A stretch of DNA of 64,000 nt from an uncultured Trueperaceae bacterium. Lineage in GTDB: Bacteria > Deinococcota > Deinococci > Deinococcales > Trueperaceae. The stretch is from assembly GCA_963799485.1 (NCBI GenBank), contig CAWCXJ010000008.1, positions 1 to 64,000 of the forward strand. The letters are read 5' to 3'. The first letter of the stretch is position 1. Each line of letters starts with the position of its first letter. Shown in pieces: positions 10,221 to 20,403 of the stretch. The notes below the pieces were generated by a model. It was not told the DNA's origin. It worked only from the letters and a program-made list of their open reading frames with translations, and did no database searches. The position numbers were made by a program, and so were the translations under genes.

Positions 10221-10847
10221 TTACAAATCGGCGGGTTGGCCCCAGTCGCCTTCAAAGACAATCTCGCGCAGAGGTTTGCGGGTGCGCGGCGCTTCTTCGC
10301 GTTCGCGCAGGCTCCCGGACAAGGTGCTGCTGTCGCCCAGGTAACCGAGCGCCGTAACCGTTACGGGTTCATAAGGGCCGGGGACGCCGAACACCTCTTT
10401 GACTTTTTTCTTGTCGAAGCCCGCCATCGGATGGAGGTGCAAACCAAGTTCGGTTGCCTGCAACGACAAATTGGCAAATGCCAGACCGAGGTCGTGCTTG
10501 GCGGTAGGGTTCTCGCGGGCGGGTTTGTCGCCCTTGGCGGGGAACATCGTATCGGTGACGCTCAAGATGAGAACCGGAACGTCTTTCGTCCACGGCTTGT
10601 TGCCCTCCATCAGGCAGTCGTGCAGCTTCCCGAAACTTGCTTCGCCGCGACGCGCGATTAAAAACCGCCACGGCTGAACGTTCGCTGAGGACGCTGCCCA
10701 GCGCGCTGCCTCGAAGATGCGCTGAAGCTTTTCTTCTTCGACGGGCTGCGTGCTAAACGCCCGCGGGCTCCAGCGCTGCGCGAGCAGGTTGTGAATACTG
10801 TGGGTTGTCGGCGCACGTTTATCGTTGCTATCTTTGACTTGGCTCAT
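10221..10847 (-). CDS. Nitroreductase family protein
   Basis: RWSPRAF, EAARWAASSANVQPWRF, HPMAGFD. Confidence 0.92.
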   Translation of the reverse strand: MSQVKDSNDKRAPTTHSIHNLLAQRWSPRAFSTQPVEEEKLQRIFEAARWAASSANVQPWRFLIARRGEASFGKLHDCLMEGNKPWTKDVPVLILSVTDTMFPAKGDKPARENPTAKHDLGLAFANLSLQATELGLHLHPMAGFDKKKVKEVFGVPGPYEPVTVTALGYLGDSSTLSGSLREREEAPRTRKPLREIVFEGDWGQPADL

Positions 10848-11743
10848 AAAAATCCTTTTTGGTGAGGCGGCGTCACCTCACGCAGCGCGGCCCCTTCGGC
10901 TTCGGTAAGGTGGACGAGCTGACGCGATACCCGCCAGAGCCGCGCCTGTACCTGCACGTCGTAAGAGCGGCGCGACGAACTGACAGGCTTTTTGTCCTTG
11001 AAGTAGCGCCCCGACACCCCTGCGACCTCCGGCGAGGTTGCCAGGTAGATGACCGTTTCAGCGCCCTGTTCGGGGGATTTAAGCAGCGGGCGAAATACCT
11101 TGTACAAAGTGTTTACGGCGCTGTCCCCGCCGAAGCCGGTGGCAACCCCGCCCGGATGCAGCGCGTTGACCGTTACGGGCGTTTCGGCTAAAAACCGGGA
11201 GAGCTGATAGTTAAACATCACGTTGGCGAGTTTTGCCTGACCGTACGCCTTAAAGCTCCCGTAGTTCTTCTCGAGCATCAGGTCGTCGAAATGGATTTTT
11301 CCGACGCTGGAAGCTGCCGACGCCACGTTGACGATACGGGCGGCGGGGCTCCCCAGCAAAGATGCCATAAGCAGTTGGGTCAGCAAAAAGTAGTTGAGGT
11401 GGTCGAGCGCGAACGTCTTCTCAAAGCCGTCTACGGTCGTTTCACGGGTTTGAAAAAGTGCGCCTGCGTTGTTGACGAGCACGTCGAGCCGGTTAAAGCG
11501 TTTTTTAACCTCTCCCGCGACGCGGCGCATTTCAGCGAGCGAAGAGAGGTCGGCAGGGTAGAAGTAGAGGTTCGGATTACCTGTTTCTCGCTTTAAGGAC
11601 TCGGTAACCTGTTCGCCGGAACCCGAGCCCCGCGAGACCAGCCCTACCGTCAACCCTTTTTCTGCAAGCGCCCGCGCCGTCTCCCTGCCGATGCCCGAAG
11701 AGGCCCCGGTCACGAGCGCGGTTTGGAGAGAAGAACGTGTCAT
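10844..11743 (-). CDS. Short-chain dehydrogenase/reductase
   Basis: TGASSGIG, NNAG, YGQAK; leaderless start at 11743. Confidence 0.92.
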   Translation of the reverse strand: MTRSSLQTALVTGASSGIGRETARALAEKGLTVGLVSRGSGSGEQVTESLKRETGNPNLYFYPADLSSLAEMRRVAGEVKKRFNRLDVLVNNAGALFQTRETTVDGFEKTFALDHLNYFLLTQLLMASLLGSPAARIVNVASAASSVGKIHFDDLMLEKNYGSFKAYGQAKLANVMFNYQLSRFLAETPVTVNALHPGGVATGFGGDSAVNTLYKVFRPLLKSPEQGAETVIYLATSPEVAGVSGRYFKDKKPVSSSRRSYDVQVQARLWRVSRQLVHLTEAEGAALREVTPPHQKGFL

Positions 11744-12054
11744 AACGACCACTCTACGGTTCTTTACGCCCTGAAAAAGCACGTCGGCTTACGCACCGGC
11801 TTTCGCTGACCCGACAACCAAAGTACGTCGTAAATGATAGCCGCCGGTTCGGCTGGCGTTTTAGACCTGCGCGAGCCCACATGGTTATAGCAGGTCTACA
11901 AATAAGGCTCTTCTCGATCTAAAACGCTTCTCAACGTCGCTAAAGCGTCGTGTGCAGGGCGGCTGACAGAAGAATCTGTCTGCTATACTCACAGAAATCT
12001 CACGTGTCTGGAGATGGCTGTCTGGAGGCGGCGAAACCTTTTTACGACCTCGAT

Positions 12055-13350
12055 ATGATTCTTGACTTTTTTACACTTCCCCTTTTCAGGCGCGTTTCCG
12101 TTTGGGTGGCGCTGCTCTTTGCGCTGCTCCTGGCGGGTTGCGGCGATGTTCAGGGCGAAGCGGCAGGCCCGCTGACGTTAAGTATCGACGGGCGCGGCTC
12201 GAGCTACCTTGCGGTTCAAGACGGCTCGGGTGCGTGGCAAGCCCTTGCAGTAGCCTCCGATACGCCGCAAAAGCTGACGTTGACCGACCCCGAGGGGCGT
12301 TATGGCCTCTTGAGCCTCTGCTTTGGCGCGGCAACCGGCAACCTGAGCGTCAATGTGCAGCACGGGACTGTCTCCCAAACGCCCGCAGTCTCGGCGCAGT
12401 GTCCGGGAGACGAAACACCGGCGACCGTCAGCATTTCGGGCGAGGTCGAAGGGCTCGCCGAGGGGGAGTACGGCAACATCTATCTGGGGCGCACCTCGGC
12501 GCTCGTCGATAGTGCTGCGCCGCGGCACCGCTTCGAGCTGCCCGCCGCCCGCTACGATCTGGTCGCCAGCCGCTACGCGGGCGGGGAACGGGTACCGAAC
12601 CGTCTAGTCCTCGAGCCGGGGCTACCGCTTACCGGCGCACAAGCGCTCGACATCGATTTTTACGGCCCCTTTTCGTTTCGCCCTGAAGTGGCGCAGCTTG
12701 CTATAGACGGCGTTCGTACCGGCGAACTGCTCTCCGGTTCGGTTCAACTCGTGACCCGTGGGGGTACAGCGGGGGGCACAGCGGCGCGCGTCGGTGAATA
12801 TACCGGCGGCAACGTACTCAGCTATGCCCGCCTCCCTGCCGGTCTGCAAGGGCGTTCGGGTCAGGCTTCGGGTCGGGGCGTGAGTTTGCGCGCCGAGGTA
12901 CAAAGTTTTTCGTACAACGACCGTACCAAGGCGGGCTCGAGCCGCAGCGTCAGTCAACGTATCGGCCGCGCACCCCCGAGTCCACCCGGAGAACTTGCGT
13001 CGGTAACCTTACCCGCCCCTATCGCCCGCCCCCAACTTGTGCTGTACGGCAATACTTATCTCCGTCCGCAGGCGAGCTGGCAGGCACATCCGGCAGGCGG
13101 AGGGACTTACGCGCAGTTCTATTCGCAAGTCGGCGATAGGCATACCGTGAGCTACCGCCTCAGCCAGAGTTCGGCGTGGCTCGCCGGGCGGCCCCTAAGC
13201 TACACACTGCCCGACTTCAGCGCGCTCCCCGACTGGCAAGCTGCGTGGAACCTGGCAAGCGACAAGGAACTCTTTTGGGACGTATCGTTTACGCAGAAGA
13301 CGCCCTTCAAAGCGCTGTTCGTCAGCCGTTCGGGAGTACTGACGCCGTAA
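12055..13350 (+). CDS. Hypothetical lipoprotein
   Basis: Lipobox LLAGC; long ORF; start uncertain. Confidence 0.65.
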   Translation: MILDFFTLPLFRRVSVWVALLFALLLAGCGDVQGEAAGPLTLSIDGRGSSYLAVQDGSGAWQALAVASDTPQKLTLTDPEGRYGLLSLCFGAATGNLSVNVQHGTVSQTPAVSAQCPGDETPATVSISGEVEGLAEGEYGNIYLGRTSALVDSAAPRHRFELPAARYDLVASRYAGGERVPNRLVLEPGLPLTGAQALDIDFYGPFSFRPEVAQLAIDGVRTGELLSGSVQLVTRGGTAGGTAARVGEYTGGNVLSYARLPAGLQGRSGQASGRGVSLRAEVQSFSYNDRTKAGSSRSVSQRIGRAPPSPPGELASVTLPAPIARPQLVLYGNTYLRPQASWQAHPAGGGTYAQFYSQVGDRHTVSYRLSQSSAWLAGRPLSYTLPDFSALPDWQAAWNLASDKELFWDVSFTQKTPFKALFVSRSGVLTP

Positions 13351-13395
13351 CTTTTGCCGCGCGCTCGTCCGGTTGCGCGTTTTGCGCGCGTAAGG

Positions 13396-14364
13396 TCAGC
13401 GTGATGAAGCCAAAAGCGTGTCGGCAAGCATCCGGGCGATGTGCGCCGAGGCGAGAAAGCCGCGTCCGGCGAGGCCCCCGGCAAACCACACACCGGGCCG
13501 GAGTTTACGGACGACCGGCAGGTTGTCTTCGGCCTTGACCCGGACGCCGCGCCATACGCTCTTAAGTTCGGCGTCGTGCAGTGCCGGGATAAACCAGCTT
13601 CCGGCACGTTGCAACTGCGTGGGGGCGCTTTCGTCGGCTTGGTCGGCGGGCCGGTGGTTGCCGCCCAGATAAAACGTGCTGCCGGCCTGAGCGCCGTAAA
13701 CCGCCCCGGCGAGGGGATAGGCGAGCGTTTCGCTGTTTGGCAGCGTCAACCCGATAACCTCCCCGGCGACGTGCTCGAGCCCTGCTGGTTCACCTAACGC
13801 CGTGCCGCTTCCGCTACAGAGGACGACCGTCTGCGCTCGTAGGGTCTCTTGGCGGCTGTAAAGCCTGAGAAACGTGTCAATGTGTGTTACCTCGTCGTTC
13901 TCCCTTACTACCGCGCCACACGCGCGCGTAGCCTGAACGAGTGCCGAGAGCCATGCTTGCGGTCTCAACCAGCCGCCCGCCGCTGCGATAAACCCGCCGA
14001 ACGGCGCGTGAAACCCGGTCGGTACCTCGCCTGGGCCGAACCAGCTAACGCCCTCTCGCTGCTGCCAGGTCTTCGCTTGCTTGGCGTTCGCTGCGGCGCG
14101 CAACACCCCGCTCCGCACGACGCCGGTTGTAAATCCCTGCTGCTCGAGGTCGTCTACGAGTTGCCAGGTCGCCGCCAGCGCCGTCAGATCGAACGTGCTC
14201 GCCCGCGCGCTCCGGCCCCGGTACGGATTGAGGAGTGCCACCGGTACCCCCGACGCACCGTCTCCGATACGGCTGCGCTCCAAGAGCGTCACCCGCGCGC
14301 CGCGCCGCGCCAGTGTGTAGACCAGCGTGCACCCCATTACCCCACCCCCGACGATGACGATCAC
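13396..14364 (-). CDS. FAD-dependent oxidoreductase, MnmC C-terminal-like
   Basis: GGGVMG, GASG, GLAGRG; 4-bp overlap with mnmD. Confidence 0.75.
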   Translation of the reverse strand: MIVIVGGGVMGCTLVYTLARRGARVTLLERSRIGDGASGVPVALLNPYRGRSARASTFDLTALAATWQLVDDLEQQGFTTGVVRSGVLRAAANAKQAKTWQQREGVSWFGPGEVPTGFHAPFGGFIAAAGGWLRPQAWLSALVQATRACGAVVRENDEVTHIDTFLRLYSRQETLRAQTVVLCSGSGTALGEPAGLEHVAGEVIGLTLPNSETLAYPLAGAVYGAQAGSTFYLGGNHRPADQADESAPTQLQRAGSWFIPALHDAELKSVWRGVRVKAEDNLPVVRKLRPGVWFAGGLAGRGFLASAHIARMLADTLLASSR

Positions 14365-15053
14365 CGTAGGGAGTCCGCTGGAACCGGTTTTTGGGCGAAC
14401 AAGACCTCACGTTTGCCCCCGGCGGGGCCGGGCCGCTTTTTGACCTCAAGCCCGAGCGCCTGAAGCCGCCGCCGCACCGCGCCCTGTACGCAGTAACTCA
14501 CCAGCGTGCCACCCGGTATGAGCGCTGTAACGAGCGTCGCCAAAAAGCTTTCCGTCCACAGTTCGGGGTTGACTTCGGGGCTGAAAGCGTCGTGGTAGAC
14601 GGCGTGAAACGCCCCAGCCGGGAGGGTTTGAGCGGTCGCCTCACCGAGTAGTAGCGCCAACCTGACCTGTTCGGTTTCAAACCCGTTTACGCCTGTAACA
14701 TCACGCCAGACCAAGTATTGTTCGACGACTTCACTCGCCAACAACTTGCCGTACCCTAGCTGCCGAACTGTGGCGGCGTCTAGGAGGGTGTGCTCGAGCG
14801 CTGTGTACTCGAGCCGCGCCGCCGGATTTTTCGAACACGCCTCGGCGGTGACAAAAAAGTTGAGCCCGGTCCCAAAGCCGACCTCGAGGACGCGCACCGT
14901 TCTCCCCTCGACAAGTCTTTCTGCCACGCCGGAACCCGCCAGGTAAACATGCTCCGCTTCGCTCAGCGCACCCCGCTCGGACGCGAACGTCTGGGTGTAA
15001 CGCTCACTGTAGAGCGTTACGCTGCCGTCTTGCGTCGGGTGTAGTTTCGTCAC
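14361..15053 (-). CDS. mnmD: tRNA mnm5s2U34 methyltransferase MnmD
   Basis: TQDGSVTLYS, VLEVGFGTGLN, DAFSPEVNPELWT, GGKRE. Confidence 0.88.
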   Translation of the reverse strand: MTKLHPTQDGSVTLYSERYTQTFASERGALSEAEHVYLAGSGVAERLVEGRTVRVLEVGFGTGLNFFVTAEACSKNPAARLEYTALEHTLLDAATVRQLGYGKLLASEVVEQYLVWRDVTGVNGFETEQVRLALLLGEATAQTLPAGAFHAVYHDAFSPEVNPELWTESFLATLVTALIPGGTLVSYCVQGAVRRRLQALGLEVKKRPGPAGGKREVLFAQKPVPADSLR

Positions 15054-15113
15054 TCTTTACTCTACCGTGCGGCTTGCGGCTGTTTTTCCGGAGCTTTACG
15101 TTAAGCTGAGCGC

Positions 15114-15896
15114 ATGATGGAGACCCTCAGGGGAGCGTGGGCTACCACCCTCTCTTTTTTGACCCCGTACTACAATCAGCTTGTTGCCTTCGCACGCACC
15201 CTCGACCCGCGCGTGTGGTGGGCCGCCGGCGGTGCGCTGCTCGTGCTGCTCTTTCTCTGGTTGCTCGTGCGCCGCCGCAAAGCCGCCAGAAACAGCCACC
15301 CCGAGGTGGTGCTCTCGCTCGGTACCATCGCCGCGGCAGACGGCGAGAATGCAGGCAGCGGCAGCCTTCACCGGTTACGGCTGACCGTCAGTAACCTAAA
15401 CCCCTACGCGGTGCAAGTTTTGGAGCTCGCGCTTAAAACGCCCCGGATGGGTGTGCCCGTAACTGCCGAGGTCGCTGCTGTCGTGCCGCCGGAAGGGTCG
15501 GTCGCCCTCGAGCAGTCCTTGACCGGCCTCGCCGGAGAAGAGGGCCGTTTGAACCTCTATTTCTACACCGCCGGGAGCCAGCGTATCTACCGTTTGCAAG
15601 CGCCGTTTGCGCTCGAGCCGTGGAACAACCGCTACAAGATTTCGCCCCTAAACCAAAACGTCGCCCCCGTCAAACACCTTGCCAGCTCCGGGGTCAGCCG
15701 CGTTCAGGAGCAGGCTTGGCGGAATGAGCACGAACGTAGCGAGCCGGCAGCGACGCGAAGCGTGGTGCGAGTTGCCCAGGGAACGCGTGAGACTCGTGGA
15801 CGCGCCGCCGAGAGGCCACGCCGCAATGCTAAAGCCGGCACCAAACCAGCCGAAGCGCCTCACGAGGGCGATGTAATTTTTCCCGATGAGTTTTAG
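15114..15896 (+). CDS. Hypothetical membrane-anchored protein
   Basis: TM segment; leaderless TAAGCT-N6-ATG. Confidence 0.65.
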   Translation: MMETLRGAWATTLSFLTPYYNQLVAFARTLDPRVWWAAGGALLVLLFLWLLVRRRKAARNSHPEVVLSLGTIAAADGENAGSGSLHRLRLTVSNLNPYAVQVLELALKTPRMGVPVTAEVAAVVPPEGSVALEQSLTGLAGEEGRLNLYFYTAGSQRIYRLQAPFALEPWNNRYKISPLNQNVAPVKHLASSGVSRVQEQAWRNEHERSEPAATRSVVRVAQGTRETRGRAAERPRRNAKAGTKPAEAPHEGDVIFPDEF

Positions 15897-15930
15897 CCGG
15901 GTTTAGGTGCAGGCGTGGCAGCGCAGCCAT

Positions 15931-16320
15931 CTAGGATTCGGCAGTGAGCTGCATCATCCACCTAATCCAACCGATCACGCTACTAGCACGGCGCAGCCGG
16001 GTCGTCTCGTTATACGGAAGTCGCGCCCTTTCCATCATTGCCGCGATTTCTTCGCGGGTCGGCTGCTCTGCATGGGCTAGGTAGTGTTCGACGGCTTCCC
16101 GAAAAACGCGGTGCATCAAAATGAACTTGATAAGGGCTTTGTTCCGCGCTCGCGGCGCTTTCGCCATCGTTCTTCGTCCAAGTGCTGTTAAGGAATAGAA
16201 AACGCCTCGGTCGGGTTCTTCCTCGCGCTGCAGCAAGCCCAGATAGCGGGTGGCGTTTGAATAGTATTGCGTCTGGCGGTTGTCAAAGGCGTAGTCGTGG
16301 CTTCGGTATTGGTCAACGGC
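15931..16320 (-). pseudogene. C-terminal remnant of a putative type II restriction-associated protein
   Basis: Frame extends upstream as YAFDNRQTQYYSNATRYLGLL and ends TRLRRASSVIGWIRW; 5' part lost. Confidence 0.45.
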
Positions 16321-16522
16321 TGGCTCGTTGTATTCGCAAAACGTTATCGCTCCTCTAGTCAGACTACATGTATGTCTAGGCTGTCGCTAAGCGGTTTGTT
16401 TCTAACTACAACCCGACCTACTATCCGTCAATCCTTAGCCACTATCTACAAAGCATCTTGTCTTGGTTTGGCTGTTTTACTCTGGTAAGCTGAGCTAAAA
16501 GGTGGCACGAACAGGGGCATGC

Positions 16523-17254
16523 ATGGCAAAAACGCAGCGCGACGCAGTTACCGAGGTGATGGTTAGGCAAGGTGGTTACGCCAAACTAAGCGACCTGTAT
16601 CAGTACGCCCTGAATGTTCCGGGCGTGACTTGGAAAACCAAAACACCATTTGCGTCGATGCGGCGAATTGTACAGACCAACCCGCAGTTTTACAAAGTCG
16701 AACCCGGACTGTGGGCACTCAAGGACTACCGGGGCCGTTTACCGTTTGACAAGCAAATCAGCGAAGATGCCCCGGCGAAAGAACGAGAAACGTTTAGCCA
16801 CACCTATTTTCAGGGACTGCTCGTCGAAATAGGTAATTTTAAGCGTCTCCAGACGTATGTGCCCCCACAGGACAAAAATCAGCTCTTTTTAGATAAACCT
16901 TTAGACTCGCTAACAACCGTTAAAAAACTGCACAATTTTTCGTATCCAGAGCTGACGAAACGGGCACGGACAGTTGATGTGGTCTGGTTCAATGGTCGCA
17001 AGATGCCAAGCGCGTTTATCGAAGTCGAACATTCGACTGACATCTCGAACTCGCTTGGCAAATTTGTGGCACTGCAAGACTTTTATACTGATTTTGTAAT
17101 AGCCGCGCCCAATGCACGCGAACGCGAGTTTGTAGAGAAAAAAGGGTGGGAGATTTACAAAGTTATCGAGAAACGCGTCAGCTTTTGGGGCTATGATTCG
17201 GTTGCCGAGGCGCACAGTCACTTCGCTGGACTCTCCGCGTTGGGCCTTCTTTAG
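16523..17254 (+). CDS. Winged-HTH plus PD-(D/E)XK restriction-endonuclease-like protein
   Basis: N-terminal KTPFASMRR; C-terminal VDVVWF...FIEVEHSTD; lower GC. Confidence 0.6.
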   Translation: MAKTQRDAVTEVMVRQGGYAKLSDLYQYALNVPGVTWKTKTPFASMRRIVQTNPQFYKVEPGLWALKDYRGRLPFDKQISEDAPAKERETFSHTYFQGLLVEIGNFKRLQTYVPPQDKNQLFLDKPLDSLTTVKKLHNFSYPELTKRARTVDVVWFNGRKMPSAFIEVEHSTDISNSLGKFVALQDFYTDFVIAAPNAREREFVEKKGWEIYKVIEKRVSFWGYDSVAEAHSHFAGLSALGLL

Positions 17255-17392
17255 GTAGCGTCGATGCTTCTTAAACCCTTCCTCTTACCCCGTCTACGGC
17301 TTTTTAGCTCCACAGCAAACACGCTACGAACATATGTGACAGCCTAACAAATTGGACGCTCTCGCCTGCTGGGGTCAGTGTTCAAACTTGCT

Positions 17393-17725
17393 CTAGCGCG
17401 TGTCCCCATCCCCGTAAAGTGTTCCGCGCTGCTGCCTCGAGGCCAATTTCTCCAGATTTGCCGCCGCTACTTCGTCCAAGCCCAGATTTAACTCGGTGCA
17501 GATTTGCGCTAAATACCACAGTACATCGCCGAGTTCACCTTTAAGCGCTTCGCGTTCAGCGTCCCCAATGACGCCGTCCTTGTCCCGGAAGATTTTTTTG
17601 ATCTTACCTGCGACTTCGCCTGCCTCGTTTGCCAGCCCGAGCGTCGGATAGACGATGGGATGGTCGGTGTGAATGAGGCTCCAGGTGCTTCTCGAGGCTT
17701 TTTGGTAGTGGTCTAAGTCGCTCAT
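17393..17725 (-). CDS. MazG-like NTP pyrophosphohydrolase
   Basis: LGLANEAGEV, ELGDVLWY, NLEKL. Confidence 0.9.
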   Translation of the reverse strand: MSDLDHYQKASRSTWSLIHTDHPIVYPTLGLANEAGEVAGKIKKIFRDKDGVIGDAEREALKGELGDVLWYLAQICTELNLGLDEVAAANLEKLASRQQRGTLYGDGDTR

Positions 17726-17734
17726 GGGTTTACT

Positions 17735-18586
17735 CTACCCGGACTTTACGCGTTCCAACACCGTCAAACTGCCCGGTTTTCTGATTTGGAGCTGCTGCGG
17801 TTCCAACGGTACCTCGGCGTCCGCCGGATAAATGACAACTTTCAGTTCATCGGCTCTAGCGCCTTGCCAAGCTTCTCCCCGTCGGCGGGTAATCTCCTTG
17901 CTATAACGCGCGGCGTCGCTGCGAAAAAGCACCATATCCAAACTACCCAAACCGACGCCTTTTAAGAGGCTATTTTCGGGCTCGAGGCTGACCAAAACAC
18001 ATTGGTGGTGTTCGCCCCCTAGATGCAGAGGTACGACGATTTTCCCACCGGGGGCAAGTTGTTCTGTCCAAGCGGGTGGAATGTCCGGCAATCCGACGGT
18101 AGCGACGATGCGGTCATACGGTGAGCCGGACGGATAACCAAGTGCGCCGTCGCCGCAAACGACCTCGACTCGTTCAAAGCCGGTGTCGGCGAGTTGCCTT
18201 CGCGCTTTCTCAACGAGAAAATCCTCTACATCAACCGTAACAATGTGCCCGTTGTCGCCTGTTAGACATGCGAGTAAGGCCGCGTTGTAGCCGCTGCCGG
18301 TGCCGATTTCGAGTACCTGCATTCCCGGTTTTATATCAAACGCCCCTAACATCATGGCGACGGCAATGGGTTGAGAAACAGTCGAACAGGTTTCCGGCGT
18401 CGTGTCGGGGTCTACGATGGCCCCCTCGGTACGGCGGTAAGAATCTTCGGGTTTTAGCCAGGGGATAAAGAGGTGGCGCGGTACACTTCTCAGCGCGCCT
18501 TCAACAGTGGGGCTTTTGACGTATCCTTCGGTTTTGAGTTCATCGACCAGTGCGTTTCTTAAGGCTTTTGTTTCTGCGTTATCCAC
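17735..18586 (-). CDS. Protein-L-isoaspartate O-methyltransferase family
   Basis: VPRHLF, TVSQP, VLEIGTGSGYNAA, GDGALG; likely GTG start at 18586. Confidence 0.85.
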   Translation of the reverse strand: MDNAETKALRNALVDELKTEGYVKSPTVEGALRSVPRHLFIPWLKPEDSYRRTEGAIVDPDTTPETCSTVSQPIAVAMMLGAFDIKPGMQVLEIGTGSGYNAALLACLTGDNGHIVTVDVEDFLVEKARRQLADTGFERVEVVCGDGALGYPSGSPYDRIVATVGLPDIPPAWTEQLAPGGKIVVPLHLGGEHHQCVLVSLEPENSLLKGVGLGSLDMVLFRSDAARYSKEITRRRGEAWQGARADELKVVIYPADAEVPLEPQQLQIRKPGSLTVLERVKSG

Positions 18587-18635
18587 GCTTTGAATGGTAG
18601 CGTAAACCGCAGCCAGAGGTACTTGGGAGGCCCAA

Positions 18636-19745
18636 ATGAAACTTGAATGTATCGAACTGCGCGAGGTCACGGCCCGCCTCAAATTCCGTTTTGAAACGAG
18701 CTTCGGCGTCGAACAGGAATTGCGTAAGGTTTTGCTGACGCTTCACGCGGAGGGCGTGGAGGGTTACGGCGAGGCGACGAGCGGCATTTTCCCCGGTTAC
18801 TCGTATGAGACGAACGAAACGGTCTGGGACACCCTAAAGCACCACATCATCCCGCACGTTTTGGGTCGAGATTTCGCTACTGCCGCGCAGCTACTGGAAA
18901 AACTTTCGCCCGTTCGGGGACACAATATGGCGGTAGGGGCGCTCGAGACCGCCTTCTGGGACGCGTCCGCCAAAGCTGCCGGACTGCCGCTCTGGGTGAT
19001 GCTGGGCGGGTCGCGTACCGAACACCCGGTCGGGGCGTCTTTGGGGATTCAGGACAGCGCTGAAAAGACGGTCGAAACCGCGCTCAAACACGCCGACGAA
19101 GGCTACAAACGCCTCAAGTTCAAAATCAAACCGGGTTGGGACGTGCTGCCGCTCCGGGCCGTGCGGGAAGCGCTGCCGGAGATGCCCTTAACCGTAGACG
19201 CGAACAGCGCCTACAGTTTGACCGACGCCCGTGTGTTTCAGCAGCTCGACGAGCTGGGCCTCGAGTACATCGAACAACCGCTTGCTCATGATGATTTGAT
19301 AGACCACGCACAGTTGCAACAGCTTTTGGCAACACCCCTCTGCTTGGACGAGTCGATTCATTCGCCCGAAGACGCCCGCAAAGGCTTGCAGCTCGGCGCG
19401 GGCCGCGTCATCAATATCAAGGTCGGGCGGGTGCGGGGGCAGCTGTTGGCGCGGCGTACCCACGACGTTGCCATGTCGTTCGGCGCGCCGGTGTGGTGCG
19501 GGGGGATGCTCGAGTTCGGCGTCGGCCGCGCCCACAACCTGCACCTGAGCTCGCTCCCCGGTTTTACGCTGCCGGGCGACACGGCGAGCGCGTCGCGTTA
19601 CTGGCATGAGGACATTGTAGAACCCGTGCTGGACGCCGTAAACGGGATGCAAAAAATCCCGGACGGCCCCGGTCTGGGCGTGTCGCTCCGGCAAGATTTG
19701 CTTGATAAGCTGACCTTGCGGCGAGAAGTATTTTCGGCAAACTAG
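18636..19745 (+). CDS. menC: o-Succinylbenzoate synthase / N-acylamino acid racemase
   Basis: Enolase superfamily: KFKIKPG, VDAN, IEQP, LDES, WCGGMLE. Confidence 0.88.
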   Translation: MKLECIELREVTARLKFRFETSFGVEQELRKVLLTLHAEGVEGYGEATSGIFPGYSYETNETVWDTLKHHIIPHVLGRDFATAAQLLEKLSPVRGHNMAVGALETAFWDASAKAAGLPLWVMLGGSRTEHPVGASLGIQDSAEKTVETALKHADEGYKRLKFKIKPGWDVLPLRAVREALPEMPLTVDANSAYSLTDARVFQQLDELGLEYIEQPLAHDDLIDHAQLQQLLATPLCLDESIHSPEDARKGLQLGAGRVINIKVGRVRGQLLARRTHDVAMSFGAPVWCGGMLEFGVGRAHNLHLSSLPGFTLPGDTASASRYWHEDIVEPVLDAVNGMQKIPDGPGLGVSLRQDLLDKLTLRREVFSAN

Positions 19746-20312
19746 ATGGCCCGAACGCTTATCGTGGTGACGGGGCCGCCCTGCGCCGGGAAAACAACGC
19801 TCGCCGCGCAGCTCGGGCGTGACTTGTCGCTTCCCGTGATTCACCGCGACGTGCTTAAAGAAATCTTGTTCGACAGCTTGGGTGTTAGAGACCGGGCGTG
19901 GTCGAGAGAAGTGGGCGGCTCGAGCCACGACCTGCTTTTTAGTATGCTCGAGTCTCTCTTAAAAGTTGGCTACCCTTGCATCGTCGAGAGCAACTTCGAG
20001 GTTGGGCGGGCCTCTGTTCGTTTAGAACAGCTTTGCAAAACATCTGGTTTTGTTCCGGTAGAAATTCTCTGCACCGCCGAGACGGAAACTTTACGGCGAC
20101 GCTATCTGGCGCGGCTCGAGTCCGGCGAGCGGCACGCGGGACACGTAGACCATCTCAATTTGGACGAAACCAGCGCAAGGTGGGTGAATAGCCGGCATGG
20201 CAGCTTGGGACTCGGGGGGCCGAACCTGCGGGTGGACACCACCAACTTCGGCAAGGCCGAATACGATTTGCTGCTGAGTGAGATAAAAATCCTGGTTGGA
20301 GAGGGTACATAA
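19746..20312 (+). CDS. P-loop kinase (AAA_33-like)
   Basis: GPPCAGKTT, RHAGH. Confidence 0.8.
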   Translation: MARTLIVVTGPPCAGKTTLAAQLGRDLSLPVIHRDVLKEILFDSLGVRDRAWSREVGGSSHDLLFSMLESLLKVGYPCIVESNFEVGRASVRLEQLCKTSGFVPVEILCTAETETLRRRYLARLESGERHAGHVDHLNLDETSARWVNSRHGSLGLGGPNLRVDTTNFGKAEYDLLLSEIKILVGEGT

Positions 20313-20403
20313 AGCGCCCGAAAGTTTGAAACTCGAGGCGTTTTTAGCGCCATCTTTCCCCAAAGCTCCCGAAACTCCGGTAAGGTGAGCGAAAGGAGTT
20401 TTT

